From the human T2T-CHM13v2.0 reference genome, Homo sapiens: a stretch of 64,000 nucleotides of DNA. Shown here one piece after another: positions 46,501 to 61,945 of this stretch. The translations under genes were made by a program, and so were the position numbers. Positions within the stretch are counted from its first letter, which is position 1, and each line of letters begins with the position of its first letter. The notes below the pieces were generated by a model. That model did no database searches and was not told where the DNA came from. It saw only the letters and a list, made by a program, of their open reading frames with translations. The DNA lies in the NCBI RefSeq assembly GCF_009914755.1, contig NC_060940.1. One strand, written 5' to 3'.

Positions 46501-47184
46501 ATCATACCCACCCTAAGTCCTTTTTCTTTTTCTCTTAGAACATAGGAGTCACATGCTGTTGAATTTATTCATCAGCTTCCAAACTTAAACCTTCCTTGAC
46601 ACTTAACCACATATCAAAGCTGCAGGCCTAACCACTGGATCGCTATTTCTGGCCTTTCTTACTGCGAATGCACACTACTCCCACTTGGCACACCCAAACC
46701 CTGCCTGTCTGTCCACCCACACCAGGCTTCCTTCTCCACTTCCTTTTTCTGTCCGCGCCAGCTCCTGGCTCACAACTTTGATCCTCTGACTTCCCTTTGC
46801 CCCTCACTGTCAGGCATCTCTGAGTCCTACCAGTTCTATTTCCAAAACTAGTCTCCTTCCCAATCCAGCTCGTCCCTCCCCTTCTGCCTGTTGCTGCATG
46901 ATACCTCATTCCCGTGTATCCCCATCCTTCCCTCCACTGCTCATGGGCTCAGCCCCTCCTCTCATCAGCAGAGGTTTGTCAGTTGCCCCAAGCCCAGGCG
47001 TTGTGCTGGGAATCAGCACTGATACGCTGCCTGCCCCTGCAAGCTCATGCCCAGGCAGGGGAGGCCCAGGGGCCCTGCAGTGAAGGCGATGAGCCCAGGG
47101 CCTCCCAGCTGCAGAATGCTTCAGGGGAGCAGCCATGACTCACAGCTGTCACAGCCTCCCAGAGCATCCTGAGAAGAAGGCTGA

Positions 47185-47475
47185 ACACAGGCTGTGCACT
47201 GGTTACCAGATGCAGTTCACAGGTAGACTTCCGCTGGATCACATGATGTTTTCAAAATTATTTGAATTAATAGCCAACATTTTAAAATTGGGAGGTTTTG
47301 CATGAAAATATGAATTTTTTTGCTTTTTTTTTGAGAAACTAGAGGATCCCACATTTACACCTGGAAACTTGAGTGGAACTGAGTCACAGCGACACCATTG
47401 TCCTTTCACTCCATTGCCTGTCTCATTTGCAGTACTTGTCTGGACCCTGAATGTGTTTGCATTGGTGACTTCCAC
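47185..47475 (-). mobile_element. MER102-like hAT element
   Basis: tttgaattaatagccaacattttaaaattgggaggttttgcatgaaaat. Confidence 0.75.
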
Positions 47476-47784
47476 CACTCCCTGACCCCAAAATCTGGCT
47501 CTCTGGCTCTTTCGTGCTTATACAGCTTTGACCTCCCACTGGCCCCCATAAAACTCTTCTCTCCTCTCTGCCTTAGCTCCTGCCATCCCCAGAGCCTGGA
47601 ATACCTGACCCGTCTTGTTACAAACCTGCCTTTCAAAACATTGAGGTTCAGCTTAAACCTGACTTCACAAACAAGCCTCCCCATACCCCTAGCCTGCCTT
47701 AGGCCCCTTGTGGGGGTCTCCAGTGACACCCTTCCTGGCATCAAGTCCCTGCTTCCTGAGGGTGTTCTTAGGGTTCTGAGCTTC

Positions 47785-48045
47785 TGATGTACAAACAGGC
47801 ACCCCCGGCCAAGTCTGCCCTGCAATGTGTTCGGTTTTGGTCCTCACAGTGTTTACAGCTTCTGAATTGTTTAATGACAACATTTGGAAATTGGCTTTTG
47901 ATGACCTGGCAAATATTCCCTCTCTTTCATCCACTGGCTGGAGCTGAATGCTCCCTGCTTCCTCTGGACTTGAGAGTATACATCTTTCAGCTCACAGACC
48001 CCCCGTGGCTGCGGTGCCACTAGCATTTGAGCATGTGACCCCTTC
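47785..48045 (-). mobile_element. MER102-like hAT element
   Basis: ttttggtcctcacagtgttt..tgaatt..caacattt..acctggcaa..ggctggagctga..gcatttgagc.tgtgacccct. Confidence 0.65.
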
Positions 48046-48212
48046 ACCTACAGCTGGTTGTGAACTCTTCAAGGCGAGGACCCTGGCTTGCTTCCTTTGC
48101 ATCCCACACAGGCCAGGACCCCCCCGTCCCCCACCAAAAGACCCCCATACAGTATGGGCTGCATTGAATAAAGTTGCAAGAATTGCATGCCAGGGCCTCA
48201 ACCCAAACTTAG

Positions 48213-48918
<706 letters not shown>

Positions 48919-48939
48919 CAGCCCTGCCTTTCTATAGAG

Positions 48940-49170
48940 CGACCGTTGTCACTGGAGAGCCAGGCCCTGCAGGAGGGCAGCCATTACTCCACATGTTAGC
49001 GCCGACCCGGTATTGCCACACAGCCTAAATTTTTCAACAGAGGCCAGAAATGCACTTTGTTATGTGAAAGCTCCCAATTTGTAAATATTACTAATAATTC
49101 TAAAATTCTTAAATGCTTGGTGAGCTAAACGAGCATGGTTTCAGCCAGAGGACCACCAGTGTGTGAACTA
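48940..49170 (+). mobile_element. MER102-like hAT element
   Basis: actggagagc..gggcagcc..attgcca..tttttcaacagaggccagaaat..ttatgtgaaagctcccaattt.taaat. Confidence 0.75.
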
Positions 49171-50560
49171 ATCAGATCCCATCCACGTTTGTCATCCTGA
49201 GTCTGTGATGCTGGGTGGGACACGGCATGGTCTTCCCAGAGTGTGGCTTATAGTAGGTGTTTGTTAAATGTCTCAGTGTCTTACCATCTTCTTCTGTCCC
49301 TTCGAGGAAATTAAATTGCATATCACAGAGAATGGTGTTCATTGGCCTTCCTCCCAAGGGACACGTAAAAGACCATGAATGAAGGTCACTTCCCAATGAA
49401 ACCAGAACTCCCTGTAAGTTTAGTCCCCAGAGCAAGACCTCAAGACAGATAGGAATAGCCCTTTCCCCTGTCCTTGAAGGTCTTGCCTCCTGGGGAGGAC
49501 AAGCATGTGTCTGTGGACACTTGGCTAAGCAGTAGGTACAGAGAACCAGGTTGCAAGCCCAACCCCGAAACCTCAGAAGAAGACTCAAGTCAACCAGAGT
49601 CAGGGAGGAGGGGGAGACAGGGAGGGCCAGGGGCTCCCTGGAGGAGTCAGCCCTTGAGCCAGGTCCTAAAGTGTGTGTGGCAGCACTCTGGGTGACAGCA
49701 CCTCACTCCCCCATAGCCCTCCATATCTCGATAGACCTACAGTTAGGATAAAAGCAGTGAGTCCGGGAGACAAACCCTAAACCCCTGGCCCAGAACCCCT
49801 GGCTCCTTCCCGTGCTGGAGCCAGCACTTCCGGGCAAAGAGCTAGGAAGGACAGCAACCCACGCTTTTGCTCTGCAGAGGTGCCAGTAAATGTTCCCAGC
49901 CAATGACACAACTCCCAGAGTGTGGGATGCCTGCAGTATGGGCTCCCTGGGCTGTGCCTGAAGTCCAGCCAGTGCACATCTGGGCCGACTCCAGTTGTGT
50001 CGCCATGCCAAGGCTCCATTTGCCTTAACGGACCCACCTTGGCATGTGGTTTTTGGGCCTAGCCAGTGCTTCATTCCAGATGTTTGTTCTCAGGTTGTAT
50101 TGGCTGTGCCAAAGGCAGGTGCTCATCTCTGGGGAAAGTGGCTTAAGATGCTAAAGCCCACAGCTCTGCTTCACTGTTGCCACAGTGGAACCGTGCCGCC
50201 ATGAATCTTTGTTGGGCAGTTGTGTGTTCATTGCAAGAGACCTGCCATTCTACACTGGGGCCAGGGATGAAAGTGGCCTTGCTGAGTTAATTAATCACTT
50301 AGATTGAAATAATATTAATATTGTATTAAAAATGCATTACAGTTTCAGCACAGTTGATTCTCACCAACTGTAAAGAAGGAAGATAAGGGCAAAATGTGGG
50401 CCAGGAAAGGTGTTCCCATTAACTACAAACCAGCCACAGAGTTTCAAACTGTCCTTTTCAAAATCCATTGCAAAGGGTGTTTGAGGCAGCATGAACAAAA
50501 GGCATAAAAATAACTCTAGTTAAAGAAGGAAAAAAAATATTCACACCAAGGAAACAAGAA

Positions 50561-50562
<2 letters not shown>

Positions 50563-50598
<36 letters not shown>
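50563..50598 (+). repeat. (AC)18 microsatellite
   Basis: Read directly. Confidence 0.97.
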
Positions 50599-50602
<4 letters not shown>

Positions 50603-51063
50603 GCAGAGAGAGAGACAGGGTTCTAAAGGTTAAGGTTAAGACATTCGGCAGGAAGGAATTTCATGGTGCACTTCATGGAAGAAGACAGAAGAAGGGAGAA
50701 AGAGCCTGGGGTTAAAGCCCTGACGACTGGAGGGGGAGGAAGCAGGCTGGTTCTTGAGGAGAGAAAGGATTTTCCCCCTGGATCCTTTCGTAAAGATGTC
50801 CTTTATACAGAGCTGCACTGAGGGGGCGCAGAGGAATCCAGACTCGCAGAATCTTCCATCCTGCTTTCCTCATGGGGCAGATGTGACTCTCATACAGCCT
50901 CTAAGCACACCCTTGTGGTATAATGACACTTATGCGGTATATACGTAAATATGTAGAAAAATGTCTTGAAGAACTGGAACCCACACACATACGCACACCC
51001 ACCACCCAGTGGAGGTGGAGGTGGGGGCTGGGGTGGGGTAGGAGACAGTTAGTCTATAAGGAC

Positions 51064-51376
51064 TTATTTATTATTATTATTATTATTTTCTTTTTTGAGA
51101 CAGAGTTTCCCTCTTTTGCCCAGGCTGGAGTACAGTGGCACAATCTCGGCTCACTGCCACCTCTGCCTTCTAGTTTCAAGTAATTCTCCCGCCTCAGCCT
51201 CTCCAGTAGCTGAGATTATAGGTGCCTGCCACCACGCCTGGCTAATTTTTGTATTTTTAATAGAGACAGCGTTTCTGGCACCTCTGCAGAGCGGTCTCAA
51301 ATTCCTGACCTCGTGATCCACCTGCCTCAGCCTCCCAAAGTGTTGGGATTACAGGTGTGAGCCACTGCGCCTGGCC
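51064..51376 (-). mobile_element. Alu (S-like), left member of head-to-head pair
   Basis: Antisense dimer, TSD ata.ggacttattt. Confidence 0.96.
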
Positions 51377-51412
51377 CATAGGGACTTATTTAAAAAAAAA
51401 AAAAAAAAAAAA

Positions 51413-51928
<516 letters not shown>

Positions 51929-52940
51929 CTAATGCTTCCCTTGCAGGATTGTTCTGAGGATGACATAGGACAAGGCAGTCTGTTATCCTTTAAACAGAAT
52001 ATCCAGAGAAGTGACTAATATTCCCTATGGGGACCCCACTCTGGTGATCCTTGGGCCACATCTGCCCATGAATGTGGCTTGTTTGGCCTGCAGAGTGCTG
52101 GAAACCTTTCAGAGCTCAGAGCTGCCAGGCAGGGTACGACCCTCCCACCTCCCTGTGACCCCTGCATACCACTGATTTCCACCTGAGCCCACTCCTCTCT
52201 TACAAGCCTGACCCCTGCCTCCGCCTGCTTCCCTCTCTCAGTTCCCTCTCCGCCAGACGTCTTGGTGGGAACAGGGCTGGAGGTCAGATGGGCTCTGGAC
52301 TGGGGAAGGAAGATGGGTGGCCATGTTGTGGAAGCCGGCCACCCTATTAGGAAAGCTAGGATGCCCACCTTGTGACTGTGCTGGACTAGATGGTTTCCCC
52401 ATCACCCACTACCTCTTTAAAGGAAGGTGTTTCTGTCTCACCAGATATCCCTGTGGCAGTAATTTTGCAGAACCAGTCATTGAAAACTGCCCATGCTGTC
52501 CTTCTCAAATAGCTGTTCCCCGGTGAATTCACAGCACGCACTTGCTCTGTGCCTCTGCTAAACAGAGAATCCATCCATATAAGCAGGTAAAAGAGTGCTT
52601 TGAGAATCGACTTTTCTGACAGTCGGCAAATGGTAGCCTGCCATCTGCAATTGGAGGATTGAAGCCGAGTTCCTGTGGCGTAACGCAGGCCGGACAGTTC
52701 TCCTTCTAAATTGCTGCGGAAACCTCTGTAACTCAGTGATCCTGAAATTTGTTAGCTCCTACTCACCTAGCTTTCAGGAAGGCTAAGAAGGGGTTAGTAT
52801 AGGTGAACATCTCCAGGGTCTCAGATTCTGTCTCCCAAGAGCAGATCAGAAGCCAAGGCAACACGGGAAATAAACGATCTGGAGGTGAAACCCACAGGCC
52901 GCCGCTTTTCTGATCAGGTTCATTCTTAGAGCACTGTTGA

Positions 52941-54720
<1,780 letters not shown>

Positions 54721-54814
54721 GGAAGCTGCCGAGTACTGCCGAGCCGCCACACCCACCCACTCCTAGGAGAAATTCCTATTGCGTATGGCAGTCAGCTGGA
54801 CCCTGTAATTTACT

Positions 54815-54913
54815 TTAGGAACCAGACACTTCTGAGAGTCATTAGTAATGACACCAGGATAACAGATATAAATCAGAATTGTCCCAGACAAACTAGGATG
54901 GCCCGTCACCCTA
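54815..54913 (-). mobile_element. MER81-like hAT-Blackjack fragment
   Basis: Reverse complement tagggtgac..catcctagtttgtctgggaca.ttctg.tttat. Confidence 0.6.
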
Positions 54914-55064
54914 GTTACAGGTGCCCGGGCCAGGTGGGTTCCATGTGGAGGTGGAGGCAGAAGCCCAACGGGAGGAGGAACAAGGGGTAGTGGGAGGAGG
55001 AGCCCACGGGGACAGTGACACTCAGAGATTCACTGACGGGGTGACGGACAGATCATGCGGGGGG

Positions 55065-55455
55065 CCCTGCAATGGAATATTCCTTAGCAGTAGAAAGGAA
55101 AGGAACTATCAGTTCCCATAACACAGGTGAATCTCAGAGCAGTTATGGTGACTGAAAGAGCCGAGCAAAAAAGACTACATGCAACATGATTCCTTTATGT
55201 AAACATTCCAGAAAGGACGATCAGTATATAGGGAGGGACCATAAGTGGGTGGTTGCCTGGAGCCAGGGAAGGAGGAAGGGGAGACAGGGGTTACCAAGGG
55301 GCACGAGGAAACCTTAGGGTGATAGGTACGTTTGTTCTCTTGAGTGTGATGGCTTCATTGGCGTAGACACATGTTAAAACTGATCAAGCTGTACCCGTTA
55401 AATATGCACAGTTTATTGTATGGGGTGTGTATTCTATTCCCCGATAAAGCTGGAA
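55065..55455 (+). mobile_element. L1ME 3' end
   Basis: caatggaatatt..gtgaatctca..tgattcctttatgtaa..gtggttgcctgg..aaggggcacgaggaaacct..aaatatgcacagtttattgtatg..taaagctg. Confidence 0.8.
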
Positions 55456-55967
55456 AAAGAGTTTTGCTGTAAAGAGGATGACACAAGTGAAACAGTAGCA
55501 GGAGATGTGATTTTATCTTAAGCATGGAAGGAAGAGAGTTGAACCTGCGTGACATAGGGGCATTTAGGCTGGCAGTGAGAGAGGAGAGCGAGGTGGGGAC
55601 CATTTGTGAAGGTTACTGTATGTCATGTGGAGAGCTTTGGAATTTATCCCATCATCGGCATGGTTCTGCACCCCGTCGTGTGAAGAAATCATCCGGAGAA
55701 CTTGTTCTGAGTCCAGAAGTTACCTACAGGCTGCCTTGAGGCAGTGGTCCTCACACGGCATCCTCCTGGCTCCCTTCCAACTGCAGCTGCCGTGAACATG
55801 GGACAGTCCCCGCATGTGGACAGTGCCCTGCCTCAGGTGCTCGTGGGGTGCTCTGCCGTGGGAGCACACTCAGCTCGTGCATGTGTTGGGGCATCAGTGC
55901 CCTGAGGGCAGCCTTCAACAAGCAGTGGATAAATGTCCCAGTCTTGGAGAGACATTTGCGACATGCA

Positions 55968-56335
55968 TTTAAGCAGAAGACTCCCATGATCTGATTTCAG
56001 TTAAAAAAAAAAAAACTCACTGCTGCATAGAAAATGAAGTGTGAGTGCAGGGATTTGGAGGAGACAACGCAGAGTGGAAGCAGAGAGACCAATTAGGAGG
56101 CGGCAGTGGTGTCTCTGGTAGAGACCCTGGTGGCCTGGGCAAGGAAGGCAGCAGCACATTCCAGGTAAAGAGGTCAGACCCAGGAAGTGTTCTGGAGAGA
56201 GAGGCGAGGGACAGCTGGCGGATTGGATGGGCAAGTGAGAAAGAGAGGGATCAAGGGGGCCACGAGGTTTTTGGCCACTGCTTCAATGATGGAGCCATTT
56301 TTAAGATAGGTGAAGACTAGGGTTGGGGAAAGTGA
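55968..56335 (-). repeat. Local duplicate of L2 segment 53715-54069
   Basis: Colinear match including ctcccatgatctgatttcagtt, actcactgctg, gtggtgtctctgg, gtgttctggagagaga, ccatttttaagatag. Confidence 0.9.
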
Positions 56336-56344
56336 GATCTTGGA

Positions 56345-56535
56345 GTGCCGCAGAGGGCCCCCGTGGGAAGGAGCACCAGTTGGCCACAGCAGTGACCAGC
56401 TCAAAAAAACTGGGTTTTTCCTTTTTCCTGCCCTATCTTGCTTTCCCCATTTCCTCTTGGAATCACCTGCCAAATACTCGACTTGCACCCGAGTCCTTGT
56501 CTCAGCCTCTGCTTTTACGGTCTCCCAATTATGAT
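56345..56535 (+). mobile_element. LTR16-like 3' fragment
   Basis: ccagttggccacagcagtgaccagctc..ggaatcacctgccaaata..acttgcacccgagtccttgtctcagcctctgctt. Confidence 0.7.
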
Positions 56536-57036
56536 GCCCACGGAGGCCAGGAAAGCTGTTTTATAAGCACTCCAGGCTTTTCGACGCAGATGGTCTCAGG
56601 AACTGGACTTTAAAGAACACTGCTATAGGCTGTGAAAAAACATGAAGGATTTCACACAGGGGAATGACTGGACAGATTTGCTCTGGTAGGAAATGAACTC
56701 TGGTGGCAATGTGAAGTCCAAGTTAAAGTAGCAAGAGACAGGAAGCAGGGAGACCCATTAGTAGGCTATTACGAATGTCCCGACAGGAGGTAATGATGAC
56801 GAAGGCAGCGATTGAGGCCGTCTCTTTGTGAAAGTCCTTTGATTTATAGAGTATGTAGCGGTTCCCACAGAAATGAGACCAAGCCTAGTTTCACACCCCC
56901 AGCACTGTGGTTTTCAAAAGCTTGCATTTCTAGCATTTCACATTTTCTTTTCTTTTTTTGGTATCTTCGACTTCCAAAATTTCATACATCAGTCTGATGC
57001 TATGCATCTTCACTTTGTTAAATCTTATGGTTTCAG

Positions 57037-57916
57037 GATCTTGACATTGGTGCCAAGAACGTGAAGCTTTACGTCAACAGAAACCTCATCTTCAATGGCA
57101 AGTTAGACAAAGGAGATAGGGAGGCCCCAGCTGACCACAGCATCCTGGTTGACCAGAAGAACGAGAAGAGCGAGCAACTAGAGGAGGCCATGAACGCTCA
57201 CTCGGAAGAAAGCAAAGGCACCCATGAGATGGCTGGTGCCAGCGGGGACAAGGAGCTTGGTCTCGGTTGCTCACCGCCAGCTGAAACATTAGCGGATGCA
57301 AAGCTTTCTTCACAAGGAAATGTGTCTGGCAAAAGAAAGAATTCTACTAATTGCAGGAAAGACAGTTTGTCCCAGTTAGAGGAATATTTGAGACTGTCGG
57401 CAGTCCCCACTTCGATGGGTGACATGCCCAGTGCTCCTGCCACTTCCCCACCTGTGAAGTGCCCTCCTGTCCATGAGGAGCCCTCTCTCATCCAACAACT
57501 GGAAAACCTCATGGGCAGAAAAATCTGTGAGCCACCCGGGAAAACCCCATCCTGGTTACAACCTTCTCCCACCGGCAAGGACAGGAAGCAGGGAGGCAGG
57601 AAGCCAAAACCCCTCTGGCTTAGTCCCGAGAAGCCCCTGGCCTGGAAGGGCAGGCTCCCATCAGACGATGTCATCGGTGAGGGTCCTGGAGAGACCGAGG
57701 CCAGGGATAAAGGCCTACGGCATGAGCCAGGGTGGGGGACCAGCCGGAGTGTCAACACCAAGGAGAGACCCCAGAGGGCAACCACCAAAGTCCACAGTGA
57801 TGACTCAGACATCTTTAACCAGCCCCCCAACAGAGAGCGCCCTGCTAGTGGGAGGAGGGGCTCAAGGAAGGATGCTGGCAGCAGTAGTCATGGGGACGAC
57901 CAGCCAGCCAGCAGAG
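57037..57916 (+). CDS. KATNIP: KATNIP large internal coding exon (880 nt; probably exon 15)
   Basis: Acceptor tggtttcAG|GAT, donor GAG|GTaagc; DLDIGAKNVKLYVNRNLIFNGKLDKG (end of the domain) followed by a long P/S/G/K-rich linker ending HGDDQPASR; corresponds to ORF 57061..57987; phase 0 in, phase 1 out. Confidence 0.96.
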
Positions 57917-58288
57917 GTAAGCTCCAAAGAGCAGCCCGACTTGGGCATCATCATCCCAGCCCCTCTAATTGGCATGAAGCCAGTTAGCTCCCTGGACCTC
58001 AGTTTCCTTATCTGCACAACAAGATGGTTGTTCTCAACTAAGGGTCACAAAATCACTGTCTCAGGGGCCAAAGAGATGCATACATGAGTGAAATGGGCAA
58101 GACACATTTTGCATGGTAAATTCATAGATGTATTTGTCATTGCCACCAAGGTATGTCCCTTTGCCCATTTTTCTTGCAACACATGGCTTTTCCAAGCCAT
58201 TTTCCAAAAGACTTTGTTCTCCTGCCTTTCATAGAGACATCGGTCTCTAGTCACTTCACTTTATCCTTAACTGTACTGTTAGAAAAAT

Positions 58289-58457
58289 AGCTGGGTACAG
58301 TGGCCAGGCCTGTAATCCCAGCACTTTGGGAGGCTTAGGTAGGAGGATCGCTTGAGCCAAGGAGGTCGAGGCTACGGTGAGCCATGATTGCGCCACTGCA
58401 CTCCAGCCTGGGTGACACAGCGAGACTCTGTCTCAAAGAAAAAAAAGAAAAAATAAT
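58289..58457 (+). mobile_element. FRAM Alu monomer
   Basis: Single right-arm-type monomer with A tail. Confidence 0.88.
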
Positions 58458-58474
58458 AACACAAGTGTGATGAT

Positions 58475-59095
<621 letters not shown>

Positions 59096-59204
59096 AGATG
59101 ATTAGATGGTCTTCAAGGGCATTCCTGATTATGAAAGGAGAGCCCATCAAGGCAGGGAGTCTCAATATTTGCACTCAGACTTGGCTCCTGGAGAGTACGG
59201 ATAG

Positions 59205-59750
59205 CAGCTAGGAGTCAAACCATTGAATCCAAACTCAGCCGCTTACAGACCTGGGACCTCTAGCCAGGCACACAACTCTCTGGGCCTCAGTGTTTTCATC
59301 TGTAAAATGGTTATGACTTCCCCACCCAGTGTGGCAAGGAAAGAATGAGATGATGGCTTCCAAATAGCAACACTGAGCCTGTGACATGATGAGTGCTCGG
59401 TGAGTAGTAGTCGTTATTTCACCACTAGCTTGGACGAGGTCCTTTTCCATCCACAGAACACTCAGGCCTGCCATGCCAGGGCTCACCCCTAGAGCCTCTG
59501 GATTTAACCCCACCCCATACCACGTGGGAGCACAAACCCTGGAGCCAGGCTGCCTGGGCACGTATCCTGGCTCCATCACCTCCAACCCACACCTCAGGCA
59601 GGTTCTGAAACCCTGCTGAGCCTGTTTCCTCCTCTGTAAAATGACACTAATAATACATGGGGTGCTGGGAGAATAAATGAGATCATACTTGTGGGGCATT
59701 TAACACAGTGCCTGGCACACAGGAGCCCCCAAGAGATATTAGCTGTTCTG
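59205..59750 (+). mobile_element. Two MIR SINEs (about 59205-59415 and 59530-59750)
   Basis: gggcctcagtgttttcatctgtaaaatgg; ctggagccaggctgcctggg..tttcctcctctgtaaaatg..cagtgcctggcaca. Confidence 0.8.
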
Positions 59751-59824
59751 TCATCATCATCACCCTCTCTGTGATGCTGCCTCTTGGTGAAATATCTATG
59801 CAAAGCCAAGGCATGCATTTTTTT

Positions 59825-60289
59825 TTCTAGTTTTCTTTTCTTTTTTTCTTTAACTTTTATTTTGGGTTCTGGGGTACACGTGCAGGATGTGCAGGTTTGT
59901 TACATAGGTAAATGTGTGCCATGGTGATTTGCTGCACCTATCAACCCGTCACCTAGGTATTAAGGCCAGCATGCATTAGCTATTTTTCCTAATGCTCTCC
60001 CTCCTCCCACTACACCCCCCAACAGGCCACAGTGTGTGATGTTCCCTTCCCTGTATTCATGTGTTCTCGTAGTTCAGCTCCCACTTATAAGTAAGAACAT
60101 GTGGTGTTTGGTTTTCTGTTTCTGCATTAGTTTACTGAGGATAACGGCTTCTGCCTACCTCCATGTCCCTGCAAAGGACATGATATTGTTCCTTTTTATG
60201 GCTGTATAGTATTCCATGGTGTATATGTACCACATTTTCTTTATCCAGTCTATCATTGATGGGTATTTGGGTTAATTACATGTCTTAAT
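59825..60289 (-). mobile_element. 5'-truncated L1PA (PA8-PA13-like) 3' end
   Basis: gtgcaggtttgttacataggtaaatgtgtgccatggt..gcattagctatttttcctaatgctctccct; TSD gcatgcattttttt at 59811-59824 and 60290-60303. Confidence 0.94.
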
Positions 60290-61233
60290 GCATGCATTTT
60301 TTTAATGATTCAAATCGGCATCTTCTGTATTAGGGAGTGTCTAGCAGATATACCCCTGACATGTCACTTAGGGTACAGGAACAAGTTCCTCAGACTCCAA
60401 GTGTTATCCTGGACAGAGCTGCCTCCTCTGATTCCCCAGCCTTACAAATTTTTGCTGCTCACCCCTTCTGAGACTTAACACTGAGGCTCAGTCAGTGTCA
60501 GGAGGAGGGTAAGGTGGAAAGAAAGAGTTGAGGAGCTCTCTGAGGGCAGGCGCCTGGCTCATGGCAGGTCCTCCACAGTGTGGGAGGGCCATTGTAAAAA
60601 AGAACTGCAGTGACCAGGTGCACAGCATGCTTGTGGTAAGCCAGGCTCTGGTCCAGGCACGTTACCCAAATAACCTCCCAACAGACTCATTTTACAGATA
60701 AAGGGAACATGAGATTGAAGTAATATTTTTCAGGTCACATAGACAGTAAGGGTTAAAGCAGGACTGGAACCCGCACAGATCAGCTCTACCATACATGTTT
60801 CCAAACATTACCCTATAGTAGTCACGGCCTATGGTCACAGCCATCATCACCCACCTGCCCCGGGAAAGCCAGGCCTTCCAAGCTTTCCCAGCAAACAGTC
60901 GGTGCAAAGCCTCCAGGAGTTCCAAGGCAATGGTGTTACTCCAACTTGCCCAAATTCAAGAGATTTTGTTTCACTTTAATTTCTTTCCAAGCATTTCAGT
61001 GCTTGGCTCAATGCACATTAAGAACCAAGCCCCTGAGATTTCATGCTTGTTAAGTCAGTCGTGCTAAAAAGGAAAGTTGCTTAGAAATTTTAAATTATCC
61101 ATTACCCAGAGCCAAATACCGTAGCCATGCCCTTCCGGAAAGGTACAGGCCAGCCTACCAAGAATGCTGGTAGAATGAATGACTGCCCAAGTTCTATTCT
61201 GGGATTGGAATTTCGTTGCCAGTATAAGAGAGA

Positions 61234-61588
61234 GCCTGGGTAGTGGGTGCACTGTCTCACACCTGTAAACCCAGCACTTTGGGAGGCCAAGGTGGGAAGA
61301 TTTCTTGAGGCCAGGAGTTCAAGACCAGCGTGGGCAATATAGTAAGACTCCATCTCTACAAAAGTTTTAAAAAAAATAGCTGGGTGTGGTTGTGTGTGTC
61401 TGTAGTCCCAGCTATTCGGGAGGCTGAGGCAGGAGGATCACTTGAACCCAGGCACTGAAATGCCTGAAAAGAAATTAAAGTGAATCAAAATCTGCAGTTC
61501 AAGTCTGGAGTTCAAGGCTGCAGTCAGCCATGATCACACCACGGCACTCCAGCCTGGGTGACAGAGCGAGACCCTGTCTCTAAAAAAA
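61234..61588 (+). mobile_element. AluJ with 56-nt non-Alu insertion
   Basis: Dimer whose right arm is interrupted at 61453-61508. Confidence 0.93.
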
Positions 61589-61596
61589 TGAAAATT

Positions 61597-61945
61597 GGGC
61601 TGGGCACAGTGGCTGTTGCCTGTAATCCCAGCACTTTGGGAGGCTGAGACGGGAAGATCACCTGAGGTCAAGAATTCGAGACCAGCCTGATTAATGTGGC
61701 AAAACACCGTCTCTACTAAAAATACAAAAATTAGCCAGGTATGTTTGTGCGCACCTGTAATCCCAGCTACTCGGGAGGCTGAGGCATGAGAATCGCTTGA
61801 GCTCGGGAGGCTGAGGCATGAGAATCGCTTGAGCTCGGGAGGTGGAGGTTGGAGTAAGCCAAGATCACGCCACTGCACTCCAGCCTGGGTGACAGAATGA
61901 GACTCTGTCTCAGAAAATAAAATCATAAAATAAATAATAAAAGAA
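61597..61945 (+). mobile_element. Alu (S-like) with 32-nt internal tandem duplication
   Basis: Dimer; ctcgggaggctgaggcatgagaatcgcttgag x2. Confidence 0.96.

Noticed and set aside
50812-50832. CTCF-like motif gcactgagggggcgc
   Set aside because: Only the 3' half matches the consensus; not supportable without ChIP data
51010-51043. G-quadruplex candidate
   Set aside because: Only three tracts of three or more G; a common pattern
57061-57987. 308-aa ORF as a stand-alone gene
   Set aside because: It is the KATNIP 880-nt exon read from an internal GTG through the donor at 57916/57917
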